The notes beneath the pieces are model-generated. The model did not search any database, was not told where the DNA came from, and saw only the letters and a list, made by a program, of their open reading frames with translations. A stretch of DNA of 64,000 nt from Syncephalis fuscata S228 (taxonomy: Eukaryota; Fungi; Zoopagomycota). The DNA lies in the NCBI GenBank assembly GCA_025786725.1, contig JAHLTZ010000051.1, forward strand, positions 1 to 64,000, read 5' to 3'. The position numbers and the translations under genes are program-made. Below, one piece after another: positions 1 through 13,463 of the stretch (its first letter is position 1; every line of letters starts with the position of its first letter).

Positions 1-1172
1 GTGTTACAATATAATAAACGTATTTTATTCATTATAGTTTGCAATGCAATCTACGCATTCCATTTATTGTGTTATGCGTATATAGGTTTAACACCACTTT
101 TTATATTTTATATTCTTTCTATTATATATCACTCTATACACATTCTGCTTTTCTCTATCCAAAAATGTTTTTAGTTTTATTTTAGCTTTGGTGTTACTAA
201 ATCCCAACTCATTTCTTTAAATTTGCTTATGCATATATACACAATAGCTTCACCGCTATTCATGTTTTGATCAGTATGTATTCGTCCTGTTGTACAACAT
301 CTTATTATATAGCAATCGAGTATTATTCAGATCCAATAGCTATGTATCGTTGGTTTTATTAATATTAAGCCTCAATTCATTTAATTCACCTGTTCATACA
401 TCTATGCATACCAAGTGATAAATTTATAATAATAAGTATTCTGATAAGCAATATAACTTACTACTTAGCTTTATGCTCAATAAAATAAATGCCTAATTCG
501 ATTGCGCAATACTATCAGATGTATTCATTTGAATCCCAGATTATACTTGGTTAATTAATTTCCTATAAAAACAAAGTGTATAATAATACGTACAATTAAA
601 CAGCAACAAGTGTTACAAGTTTGCAATTGCCATATAGTATATAATGCCACTTGTGTAGACGAACTGAATGTATTTATTATGTAACAGTTTTTGTACTAGT
701 CAAGTGATTATATATTTGTATAAAGTAATACAGTGATTTCTAGTTGTTGTAAATCTAATGAACAATATTGATTGGGTGTAAATATTAATATTCACTAGTA
801 TGTTACTTATAATAAATGATATATTAATTTAAATCGATTAGTAGTTTAGAAATGGCGTTGTTGTATCTTGTTGCCTAAATAGCTATTGTCTAAACATTAG
901 TATTGGTATTCATTTGTAGTAAATTTTAATAATTATAAACTGATTTATTGGTGCAAAACCTATAAAACAAAATAAAACAAAATGTGATTCGGCAAAAGTG
1001 GCTAGCCCACCAAAAAGACAAGTGGCTACTGTTCCCAGTCCCTGTCAAGTTCTATAATTGAACAACAGAGCCCGGTGTACAGTGCCGCTTGTCTGCTGGT
1101 CCCGCCTTATGGCAATGATGCCTAAATTAGTATTAGTATTGCTCTATTTAATTTATATTCTACTTACTTTGC

Positions 1173-1775
1173 CTATGCTTCTTCTTCGTCGCCATCAAAA
1201 GTCACTGTGATAATTCGTAGCCCTGGTGCAACTACTTCTTCGAGTTCTTCTCTCTCGACCGGCTCCTCCTCGGCCACATCCGCCTGTTTCTTCTCGTCAT
1301 CGCTAGCACTAACTGGTACTTTCTCGCTAGCGCGGTGCACAAGACTGCGGCGCGACTTTGGAGCAGCTACTTTTCGAACCGCTTCATCCTCGCTTGATCT
1401 TGCCTCTGCAGCTTGGGGCGTGCTGGTGTACTCAACACCTTCCATTGGCATTGCCTTGTTGGCAGCACCGCTGGGCGAGCAATAGTGCGACTCGAAAGTA
1501 AAGGCATTGGCTGTTTTAACATCTTCCATTGGAGCTGCATCGCTGACAGTCCAATTTGACGAGTGGTAATTTACAAAGAAGTTAAAGACAGGCGTGGCAA
1601 AGGATGGTGCAGACGAAGCAAGTATTGGCCGCGATATCAGCTTCGTCACACGGACCTTTTTCAAGGTCGTCTTGCAGCCTTGCATCATATACGCCTCAGA
1701 GAATGTGCGTTTACGATTATGCATAGGCTGCTTGGCAGTTTGAGAACTACCGCGCGTATGGAATGGAGTAGCCAT
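1173..1775 (-). CDS. Hypothetical 200-aa protein with acidic, probably disordered C-terminus (left-arm copy)
   Basis: GC-rich ATG-initiated ORF in AT-rich flanks; no family recognised; mirror copy at 27799..28401. Confidence 0.6.
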   Translation of the reverse strand: MATPFHTRGSSQTAKQPMHNRKRTFSEAYMMQGCKTTLKKVRVTKLISRPILASSAPSFATPVFNFFVNYHSSNWTVSDAAPMEDVKTANAFTFESHYCSPSGAANKAMPMEGVEYTSTPQAAEARSSEDEAVRKVAAPKSRRSLVHRASEKVPVSASDDEKKQADVAEEEPVEREELEEVVAPGLRIITVTFDGDEEEA

Positions 1776-4079
1776 AATAAACTACTTTTGCTGTAGCAAA
1801 TGCACAACATGCAATTAACACCATTTAAACAATATACAAAACGCAAGCTCTGCCACAGTACAACAAGCCGAACTATCCGTTCAAGTGGATGAATGGTAAT
1901 ACGTAAGTGCTAAGGATGCATTGCGCAGCCAAACAAACAAATATGCACAACGCAAAGTGCTACGCAACAAACCAACTTGGCACAGAAACTATAGTATCAT
2001 TCACTATCCAGTGCAAACGCAACTACAAAACGCAACACTTGCTTACTTTTAAGATACTTTGTAAACTATAATAATGTAGTGAGTGAGTAAACGAAGTTGT
2101 GGAAGAAAATAAACAGAAAGCGTTATAGAGCACTACAGATTGATCTTGCGCGGCTTTTACACAGTAAATAACTAAACTATTTTACATTTATACCTAGTAG
2201 TTTGTATTGTCGTTTGTTTGTATTGGGTATTTGTATATACAACATGTAGTATCACTAGCGTCTTGTGCAGCTCAATACGATCTCACTAGCCAAAACAGGC
2301 CTGCATCGGAAATGAATATCAAATGGTCTGTGTACGCCTTGCTAAACCGGTAAATAGTCCGATGAACTGGATGGCGTGGTCACAACAACAAATAGGCACA
2401 TAGCACGTGATCTTGTGTTTACTTTTCATAAATACGCCACCACCATGACTATCGTGTAATAATAACGCGTGTACACGACTGAAACAATAACAAATCATTT
2501 ATACAATACATGTAGCTGCAATAACATATAATGGTATTTATTCAAGCCACTTGTATATATTCCAATATTCATAATATACGGTTTATTTCTATTTATACGA
2601 TTGCTTCATTACTTATTTGGCTGATTTATATTCCAGTATATCTGTATCTTTTAGCAACCATAAATAATGTCAATGCTTTATACAGCACGTTTATATTGAA
2701 ACTTGGATTTAAAGGTGATTTGTTGATAGGTGCGTTGTAATCACCGTAGTCTTGTTATTGATGCAGATACATATCAGTTAGCTTATTGTAGCCAGCTCAC
2801 CACTACAACAGTTTGCAATAGCTTGTTGTTTTGCAGTATCAATAGCTGATAGCTTTTGTTATATTTAACATACATGCATAAATGTGTATAGCAATGTGCT
2901 TAGTATATATGGTTGTAATTTATTTACTATACTAGATACAAGAGCAAATAAATGATCGCTAAAACAATGACGTATATAAGATACTTGTGCCTGTAGTTAT
3001 ATTCAACGGTATTAAAATATCATTTGTAACTAATTTAAATGTTGTGATATAGATCAAAAACTGCCTGAGTGTTAGTAAATTATTGGCACTTTAATTATTT
3101 CTAGGCAGTTAAACGTTTATGCATTTAAATTGAGCAATGTCATATAAAACAGCAAATACACTCAGTATTTCAAGTGACAAAATATATTTACAATTGACTG
3201 GTAACGTATCATAGATAATATATTTTTATTGATCTATTAATATTGTAGCTATATGCAAGAATGGCAGCTAGTTGATCATCATTGTATTTTACACACTGAT
3301 AGTTACATCACGGCACGTTCAGTAATGTCTATAATCTTGTTGTTATTATATCTATCTTTGTACCAATGTTCAAGTAGCTGTAAAGCATATTATATTTATT
3401 ATAGAATAAACAATATGCATTATATATTTGCTCAGTATCATTCTTATAGTCATGATCTTGCTGAAAGTGTATGAATAGCCATGTCAAAGTCATAGCGCAT
3501 ATAACTTAGTGGATAAAATGAGCAGAATAAACTAAAATTTACGACTAATAAAGCTGAAAATAAAGAAATAATAGTTTTGAATATAGCATAGCTACTATAT
3601 GATAAAATAAAATAAACTAAAGTGACTATTTAATGAAAAAATGTAAATGGCGGTGTTAAATCTACTGAGCATATATCCACGAGTAAATGAGTTGAAATGA
3701 GCCGATCCTCATTAATAATGAAGCTAGAACAAACGTAAATATGGTTTTGGATTGAAGAAGGCTAGGCGAGTATAAAATGCTATGTAAAATGATAAATGTA
3801 CGGCAAGAAAGTATATAAAACAATGTTAACATTATAGTGCATAAAATGTAATGAGTGAAATAAATGAAGCGTGTTAGTGTGTATAAACGATAAAATGTGT
3901 CTAGTATGTTATAAAATGATATATAGTCGTGAGGAATAGAATAGGAATGATACATGTGTACTGAGTATATGCATATGAGATAATAAATCTATGATGATGA
4001 GTATGTGCTGATTGATGTCACTCGCCACCCATCATTATGTTCAATAGAGCGATTGTCTATCTCAACTGCTTGAATGTAT

Positions 4080-5210
4080 TAAATTTAATTATTTGACTTT
4101 AAATCACATTCAATGGCTTAATAGCTTGTTTATTATCAGTGTAATAACAATAGCAGAAACAACTAGTATTATTATTAAATGGGAAAATGTCTGTATTTAT
4201 ATGAATGCAACTAATAGTAGTATGTTAATAGATAAGCAGTGCTATATTTATTTATTTAAACAAAGGAATACATAAATAATGATATACTAATACAAACCAG
4301 ATGACTATACAGCATATTGTGGCCCTGTTCTTGCCAAATCCAAATATCTCTTAAATCTATATCTATTGAAGAGGGTCAGTAAACGAGATGAGCCACATGT
4401 GCCAATGATGTTTGCTGCTTGACTACACCGCAATAAGTAGTAGTTGTTCAAACAACATTTGCTCCGCACCATCAGATATCAGATATCTTCAAGCGCAAAT
4501 CTTATGTTGCCTCAACAGCCAGATACTCAGCAAGGCAACCTCGCAAACAAACACATGGTAGGCGTACCAATGTTACTATACAAAAGACCAATCAACTATG
4601 TGCAGAAAAGCACCTTCTACAACATGTTGGAGTACCTACTGCGTGATATGTAGCTTCTAGAACACTACATATCCAGTGCTCCATAGCCAAAAGGCGCAAC
4701 TGTATCGCACCTCACACGCCCGTTTACCGACCTTAGTACATATAACAGCAACCAGCAGCGATCTTGTGATCATTGACGTCTAGCGAGTGTAAAGCATATC
4801 GAGCAACAAATGGCAGTAAGGTGCAGATCAAATGTTGTTTGAACAACTACTACTTATTGCGGTGTAGTCAAGCAGCAAACATCATTGGCACATGTGGCTC
4901 ATCTCGTTTACTGACCCTCTTCAATAGATATAGATTTAAGAGATATTTGGATTTGGCAAGAACAGGGCCACAATATGCTGTATAGTCATCTGGTTTGTAT
5001 TAGTATATCATTATTTATGTATTCCTTTGTTTAAATAAATAAATATAGCACTGCTTATCTATTAACATACTACTATTAGTTGCATTCATATAAATACAGA
5101 CATTTTCCCATTTAATAATAATACTAGTTGTTTCTGCTATTGTTATTACACTAATAATAAACAAGCTATTAAGCCATTGAATGTGATTTAAAGTCAAATA
5201 ATTAAATTTA
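4080..5210. repeat. Nested foldback: ~380-bp inverted arms around a ~370-bp GC-richer spacer
   Basis: 4080-4460 is the reverse complement of 4829-5210; the same 60-aa ORF appears at 4093..4275(+) and 5015..5197(-). Confidence 0.92.
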
Positions 5211-5388
5211 GGGCAAATTGGAAAAATACAATGTTTTTTAAATTATTTATTAATAAAATCATTCTCTATTTGCTTTACATTTCGTTTCTTGTAACTTTAA
5301 TGACACGTCTTTTTTATAGCCGTTTCATTAGTAATTTGTAGTTGCTATTCAATAAAGGTGCTTGTTTCAACATTATTAATTCTAGCGT

Positions 5389-7040
5389 TTACAGTGTATG
5401 TTCTTGTATTGTGTCCTTTGAGCTACAATTACGACAAGCATATCGTTGCGAGGCTTCCAAAGCTTCACCACAAGATCTGATTCTTTTAACTCTTGGTCTA
5501 CCGGCTTTTTTCGTTATTTTCGGTGGCAAACACAAAATATCTGCGGTAATTGATTCTATTTCAACCGGACAAATATATGAAACAGATAATTTGCTTAAAT
5601 AATCAATGGTGTAAGATTTATCAATAAAATTATTTAATAAAAGCTTAAGATTCTTCAAAATTATTGCTACATGACTACAAATAAGCTTTATTTCTTCCCA
5701 GTACCCATACGTGCAGGTTTTTTAGTTAAATATATTGTTCTGACAATACCGGGCTTAGTATCTTTAACTTAAAATTTGGTATCCAAATAATTGTCAACTA
5801 TATAATTATTGGCGTCAGTTAACGTTGAATTATACAACAATCGGGTATTATTAGATAACAATTCTTGAGCTTGTGGATACTTAATCCTACGGCTATTTAA
5901 TAAAGTTCCAACTTTAATGACAAATCCAGTGAAAAACTGATAATGGGATTTGTTCCAAGGATCATTCATCCACGAGTTCAATGGTTCTGATGAATCTAAA
6001 CTCAACCGAATCTTGGCTATTTAAAAAACAATCTAGCCCAGTTTTTTGCTGAGTTTATTAGATTGTTATAGGCTGGCTCATTTAATGACCGTATCATTTT
6101 CATTAAATCTAGAAAATAAATTAGTACTTTGAATGTAATTTAAATAAATATAAATAGCAGCAACCTCTTTACTAGTTAAAGCTTTGTTTTAAATTCAGCA
6201 TTTGTTTTTTCGATATGAGCAATGCATGCAGAGTGGCGCGCCAAGAGAAATACAATTTTTACCAAAGAATGTATTTTTTTATTTCTGTCGCTAACAATAG
6301 CTTGGTTTTTTCTTTTAATTCAAGTATCAAATCTAATAAATGTTTAAAAAAATAAACCCAGTTGTTTTTATTTCATGAGATATTATAGCACCAACCAAAG
6401 GAAAAATATTGTTATTTCCATATTTAACAACTGCAGCAAGAGTAACACCGTTATAAGAATATCTTAAATGGCAGCTATCAATTACCAGTACTTTACGAGT
6501 ATACTGGTAAGCTTTGATAAATGCCAAATGACATAAAAATGTTCTTTCAAAATTACCAGACTAGTTTTGCAAAAAGTGCTGAACAGAGTCAGTATTAAAG
6601 TGTTTGAATTTGACAAGGTAATCTTTAATAATAAATAGCTGATATAATTGTTAGTGTATATTAAATAATTAAATATGTACTTAATACTTTCACTTGTGCA
6701 TCTTTTAATTTCATATTTGAAAGTGTAGTAACATCATTTGTAATGGACTTAATAATAAATTTAATAGTATTATTGCCAAATCATATGAACAACCATTAAA
6801 ATGTTTAATATTGCACTGGATAATCTTTATTAGGCCAGTTTTCTGCTTTCTGGCAGTCAAAATAAACTGATATTTGTTGCTGTAACGGTCTTTATGAGGA
6901 CAAATAAGCTGCAATCTTGTTGAATCACTATTTTCCTATTAAAATCACAGCCGCTAACAAGCTTAAACTCGTCAACAGCGGCTCTCAGTTTTTAATACTG
7001 TTAAATATAGCTTTTTTAGATAGTTTAGTAGATATTTGGC
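5389..7040 (-). pseudogene. Decayed MULE/MuDR transposase
   Basis: Mirror of 22540-24187: MULE-domain fragment VLVIDSCHLRYSYNGVTLAAVVKYGNNNIFPLVGAII, SWIM relic, PP..K..GRP..KR and Zn-knuckle relic; many stops and frameshifts. Confidence 0.85.
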
Positions 7041-7664
7041 AGATTTATTTATTAAATAAATTAATAAAATTAATTTAGCGACTGTCTATTTTCTAATTTT
7101 CCAATTTTATACTACATTAAATAATTATTTATATATTTACAAATGTACACTATAATATCTACTATTAAATAAATGTATTCATTTATACTTTACCTAACGT
7201 TGTATATTCATTTTGCATTATTTGTTTTTATCATATAATATTACACTCAGTATCTGTATAAATATATCGATAGTAAATACTGCCATATTTATACATGTTC
7301 ATCATGTTATGTTATATTATAACAATACGCTTTCTTTCGTATAGCTGTTTCATTAGTAATTTGTATTTACTCTTCAATAAAACGTTTATTCGACATCAAC
7401 TACTGTTTCAATACTATTAGTACTAATCCTTACAGAGCATATTTTGTATTGCGTTTTTGAGTTGTATTTACCACAAGTAGATGTATACGATGACCAGTTG
7501 ACGGCGTGAAAATTAGTCTCGACGCGTCTAACACGCGTTGCAGTAGGACAGCTGGCAGCGCTCGAAAGTCGTATAAAACAATGAAGAAACGCTAGAACGT
7601 AAGGCATATGGACAAAAAGTAGAGAATTCGAATTAGAAATTGTAGTGTTATTTCTAAACGATCT

Positions 7665-10524
7665 TTACTCTGAGATGGAGACGAATTTGATCAGCTTTTT
7701 CAATTTGACCATATCGTCCTTGTTTTCTGCGATGCCCTCGAAAAAAAATCGTCCAGGTTTGAAAGGTCTATATACACCATTACATCCTCAATACCAGTCG
7801 CAGGTCCTTTTTGACATAGTAACTGGATTACCGTCTGGACGCCAGGGAATTCGAGATGGATGCGGAGGATGCCCTGAGGTTGGACGAAGTACCCGAAGCC
7901 TCAAAGTCATGTCGAATGTCTGCCAGTGATTGAATCACGTTGGCACGACTCTGTTTCAAAAAGCAACTTCGAATATTGCTGGAAGTTTCGTTTGATTCGT
8001 GGGTGGACTGCTTCAGACGGTCGCTGCGGAGCTTGATCGCAAGAGAGCCGGCGTAACGTTTGTCAGAAAAAAACCAGACTCCGTCCGGACATGTGCCATT
8101 ATTGACAATAAGCATTATTCGGAGACATTCGTGAGGAAGCGAGATCTGCACGGACACCACTGTCGTGTATCCAAATCCGTTGGCTGTGTTAATCTCATCA
8201 ATTTGGAGCTGGAAATTGTTGCACCAGGCGGCAATGTGACGCCTTGAAGAAAAGGAAGACAACAAGACGGTAGCCATTGAAGCGTTGAAGTGATTGACGA
8301 ACAAGTGCCCCAACGCATCTCTTTTGAAGCTGAAGTGATGCCAAAGTTGTGACAACCTGGTACATCTGATTTAGGTGCTCCAAGAACACCGGATTCTTGT
8401 CTGAAGCCTTTAGCTCTTCCTGCACTGTCTCAACAACTATTGGCTCGTCCATGACCAAGTGAATGTTACCGTAATGTAATCGTAGTTTGCACAGAGCCTT
8501 GTCCACAAAGTCAAACTGGCCCTTGCTCAAGAAGGATACTTTGCCACCGTGAAGATGATAGGCCATTGCCATTCGAGAGAGAAGCCGAGTTGTTTCGCCT
8601 GTTTGATCGTTGTCAAGAATGATGCGTATCTCAGTCCGAAGACCACTCATCGTATACTCAATCGACTTGTCAATAGCGTGCTCCAAAGTAGCTTGTTTAG
8701 AGTCTTGAAAAGTGCAAGATGCGGCGAGACGATTGATGACGTCAATGGAAAATTGAGGTCGTCCTGTTAGCATGCGGAGTTTGGCAGGCGGAATTTCACA
8801 GCCTGACATGTCGATTAGATCCGAATATAGCCTGCTCACATCGCCTTCATCAAAGCTCGGAAAGTTCTTTATCCTCAAAAAATTGGTTTGTTTGGCGATG
8901 TTTGAGTGCACACTGTCGACATTTTGCAATGAGACTGCTGTGCCTAGTATCACCTGCGTCGCCTGCATAATGCTCAGAGCACCTGATAAAAGCGTAAAAA
9001 AGCTGCGGCGAAATCGGGGTTGTATCTGGTTCTTGTCGTCAAAGAGATTATTTCTGTTATAGGTGAAAGCGGCCGGCGAGATGAGCTTGCCGGATAAGAT
9101 GTCAGTCACCGCAACCTGAGCTTCATCCAGAGCAATTACCATTCCAATTTTTTTGGAAGATAAATGGAACTGAAGCTTGGTTTGGACTTTATTAAGCATG
9201 GCTTGGATTGTGTAGTTGTCGTATTTCCGCAGCTTGCTAACTAGCTCGCCGATAGTCAAGTTACCTGCAGTAATCTGCTCATGGAAGAACTGCTGCGGCT
9301 TTAAATCAGGGTTGTTTTCCAGGAGATACTGAAGGAAGAGCATTCGTGCAAGGAATTCGAGCTTGACGCGTTCTACCACTCGTGATTTTACTTCGGAATC
9401 AATGTCCTGTGGCCCGTACCAACTTCCCTGATTCCTGTTAACAATGGTCCAGTAGATGTCCTCGACATCCTCTGCAAGCGTGATAAAGTTTGGGTCCTTA
9501 AAACCCGGAGAGATGGTCGGACTTGATATACAACAGACACAATAAATGACAAAGTGCTTGTTTGCAAGGTCAATGATTGTCGCAGTCTTTCCTGAACCGG
9601 ACGGAGCAACCATGGCTACTACGTGCTCCCCATAGTATACGCCGATATCGTCCTCGACAATTTCACAAAGAGTCTTGCCATAATTGGTGCTTGCCTGCTT
9701 GTCCAGCGCAAGTCCCAGCATCACTAGACTTATATCCGTTGCTGTTTTGTGATGTGGTAGAGTCCTCTTGTAAAAAGGTCCTAGTCTACTTCTTTGCGAT
9801 GCTTCAACATCCTTTGGATCGACAGGGCGGGTGAAATGATGGTTGAGGCCTTGGAAAATAATTTTCAATTCCTTCTCAATGTGATTATATGGAACAGACG
9901 TCTGCTGGATAAATGTTGCTACATGATCAAAAAAGGTAATTAAAAATAACGTTAGGTAATCAGCACAAGGTTACACAAGTGAGTATTTAGAAAAGGTTTA
10001 ATTATACCCACTAGGATGTAATCAATTTGAAAAATGGTCAGAAAGCGAAGTAGAGGCACGAGAGAGGACGGACACATGGATTATATCGGAGTAATGGGAA
10101 GATGAATTAAATATTAGCACTGCATACTTAGATGTAAAGCAAGGGTGAACGGCAGAGAAAGGAATTATATTGACTGCTGGTTTTTAGAGCAAAACTACTT
10201 ACCAGGCTTGGGTGGCGTTACAACGATCAGCGGGTTGTCGTAGCCGTTTTCTTCTATAAGCTCGCTGAGTTCCTCGCTTAACTTGATAGCTTTTCCCGGA
10301 TCGCCGGCGTCAGCCTCATTCTTGTAGACTTGGAGTTCGGACGAGTCCACGCCCACCAGCCTGTTTCTGAAAGCGACATCGGTGATAAGTATTTTGCGAA
10401 GGTCAGCAACATTGAGTTTTCGGCTGGAGATCTTGCTCTCGACTAGGACTTTACCAATGCCTAGCTTTGCAAATCGTGAACTGTTCGGTGCAGCTTGAAG
10501 AAGCTTGACCCAGACCGCCGACAT
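7665..10524 (-). CDS. Crinkler (CRN)-family effector, left-arm copy; 3' part frameshifted (pseudogene or consensus errors)
   Basis: Exon 1 10524-10203, exon 2 9918-7665. Matches the intact copy down to ~8360, then carries many small deletions. Confidence 0.85.
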
Positions 10525-11260
10525 CACTTCAGGTGCTGCTGAGACTGGTTGATCTTGATCTGCAACAAAAAGAAAGTAACAAGGTTACAGACAATGGCAA
10601 GGTCAGGTAGTAGTAGAGTAAGAACGAGAAGGCCGAGAAAGAGAAAGCAAGTAAAAGATAGATAAAAGAGAGAGCGACAGAGTCACGTAGACTCATGATG
10701 CGCCAGCTTGACAGCAATGACAGGTAAAGAGGCATGTGAGACATGGAATGGCTCATAGTTCCCTCTTTGACGCCCTGCAGATGTCACAATAGGTGCAGAG
10801 CAGATAGAAGGTATATGAGGCGGAGAGAACATGTGTCTATTGCTGCCGGGATAAGCTTATCTTGGATTGTACAAGACGCTCTTTTAGTGCGCTTCGTGGT
10901 CCTTTTGGAAGGCATTGTGCAGAATTAATAGAAAGATGCTAACAGTACCAAACATACTAGCGGAATTGAAGAGACCAACGGGAGTGAGGATGAGGTGCGG
11001 TGACAGAAGCTGACAGCGTGTGAATGAGGAACAGAATTTGACAGCGTGCGAAGGTGGATGAGACGAGAAACGGAAAGAGGAAAGAGCTGCGCGTGACGAA
11101 ACGCGACATGATCTTGTCGACTGGACCGCCCAATGCTCTTTTTGTTCGGTTTTATTGCAGCACGCCTCATATCACTATAGTTTATTACAGATAATATCAG
11201 TTAGTAGTTCTTTATTTCTATTATACCATTAAACAATTTATTACCTATTTAACATAACTT

Positions 11261-12527
11261 GGGGGTCAAATGACTATTTTAATAACATTCGCGCAATCGA
11301 ACTGCACATTCAATCTATTGAACATGGGGCCAAGTGGTGAGTTTATTTAATCATTACATCATCACATTTATTGTTTTTTGGTGGTCAAATGACTAAAATT
11401 TAATAACATCCAATCTATTAAACATGATGATGGGTGGTGAGTGACATCAGGGCCCAAAATACTCATCAATGTAGATTTATTATCCAGTATGCATATATTC
11501 AGTACACATATATACTCTATTTACCTATATCATTCCCAGCCTGTCCCATACTACTATATAGCATTCTACGATATATTAAATACATTTTATTGTTTATATG
11601 CGGCAATATACTTCACTCATCCCACTCATTACATTTTATACACTATAACTTTAAAATTGTTTTATATGCTATCTTACCGTACATTTATTATTTTATATGT
11701 CATTCTATACTCGCATAGCCATCCTCTATCCAAAAATGTTTTACCTTTGTTTTAGATTTATTATTAACAAATGTCGACTAATTCCGTTCATTGATCATGC
11801 ATATAACTCACTAGATTCAACATAGCTAATTGTCATTTTACACTGTATATTCTTTATATTGTATATCAGTTTATTGTCTAGTAACTATGCGCTGGCTATT
11901 ACCGTTGCCTGTTTGGTTCTAGCACTGTTATTAAAAAATGTCGACTAATGTTGGTCATCTGCTCATGCATATATGCTCAATAACTAGAACATTGCTAATC
12001 TCGCTCAATGTTGCATATTCAGTATAATGTTTATCATTTTATTATATATTGGCTATATGCTGTCTATAGCCGTTGTCGGTATAGTTTTAACTTTTTTATT
12101 AATAAAAATTAACATATCGCACTTAGTTTGTTCAATGGGTTATATTGATAGAACAAACAACATGAATATGAACGGAGTTATGTTTTATTGAAATTATTTA
12201 TAAATAAACTAGATCATGTCAACTAGTCATGTATTAATGTTAATCAAGCAAAGTGACGGGTATACATAGCAATAACACATACGGTGATGATATATGCATA
12301 CTGGATAATGAATCTATGATGATGGGTATTTTGGACCTTGATGTCACTCACTACCCATCATCATGTTCAATAAATTAAATGTTATTAAATTTAGTTATGT
12401 GGCCATTAAATTATAATATAATTACTAATTTGATCATTAATAGAACTCGCCATTTGCCCCATGCTCAATAAAACGCAAATGCAGCTCAACTACGCGAATG
12501 TTATTAAAATAGTCATTTAATTTCCAA
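11261..12527. mobile_element. Non-autonomous MITE/foldback-like repeat with ~240-bp diverged inverted ends (GGGGTCAAATGACT... family)
   Basis: 11261-11500 is an imperfect inverted match to 12290-12527. The terminal motif GGGTCAAATGACTATTTTAATAACATTCGCG recurs across the window. Confidence 0.65.
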
Positions 12528-12989
12528 ATAAAATAGTTAAATAAATTGCTGCAAATAGAAAGAATAGGAATAGGCCAGTTATTATCAAAAAAATGATTAG
12601 TAGACCGCTATATGGTCCTAGTATTTTATACTAAACACTACTAGTTAATTATAATGGTTATATAACAAATAATCTCCGTTAGCATCATTATAATTCTAAT
12701 TTAAGAAGACATGGAACACTAGCCGTTTATTAAATTGAATCTATCTATCTATTTATACAAGTTATATTTAAAGTTGTTTTGTTATGGTTAATAAAGAAAA
12801 AAGGTCAAGCAATTAGACGTCTGTATATTAATATTTAAGCATTTGGTCGGGTTAAATTCCCTAAAGCTTTATTTAGAAAGAGAATTGTACAAATATAGTA
12901 AACATCTGAGCTTGAGTTTATCGCTGTTTGCGTGCAGTAGATTCTTCTTCTTCTCTGCGTCGTTGCATGTCTGCTGGGCTAAATGCTTA

Positions 12990-13463
12990 AGTGTTTAAAT
13001 AAACAAAGATCTGAAATATTAAAGTTTGCTAGCTTTAATGCTATTAAACGTGTACATGCTACTGATTTGATGAACGACGTCAATTAAGTGATTTGCGTTT
13101 ATATAAATTAAATAAACTGTTATTTATCCATATGATATTTGGTAGACTTTGGCGGCTATTGTCCTGAATGTTGTACGCCATTATTATCCCAAAGCTTTTG
13201 CGAGCAGTGTAAACGTTATAGAAAAGCTATTGAATTTGCCCTGTGTCATATCACTGTACGAGGTAAGCTACTATTTATAAATTATAATAGCGGAACAGAA
13301 CGAGTATAGTGATTAATGATAATAAAGGACTTGTAAATGTTTGTCTAGTTTATCAGCATGGTGGCCATCAACATCATATACAAGAATGTTTAAACAAGGC
13401 AACGCAGACTGTTCCACTGGTTGTGGATGTATTTGTGTATTAGCCTGTGGAGAGTTTAAATAG
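12990..13463 (+). pseudogene. Captured 3' fragment of WDR59/SEA3/MTC5 (GATOR2 subunit), C-terminal Zn/RING region
   Basis: Manual translation: LNKQRSEILKF ... GYCPECCTPLLSQSFCEQCKRYRKAIEFALCHITVRG | GT-AG intron 13263-13327 | LVNVCLVYQHGGHQHHIQE-(frameshift)-FKQGNADCSTGCGCIC. This matches the WDR59-type motif C..CH..VRG....C..C.HGGH..H..EWF.....CPTGCGC.C. Confidence 0.8.

Larger units (their letters stand above)
5305..11168 (-). mobile_element. Truncated copy of the TIR-bounded CRN/MULE cargo element (left arm of P1)
   Basis: Starts with the TIR GAGGCGTGCTGCAATAAAACC on the minus strand at 11168; colinear with 48959-54838; lacks the LRR part and second TIR. Confidence 0.75.
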
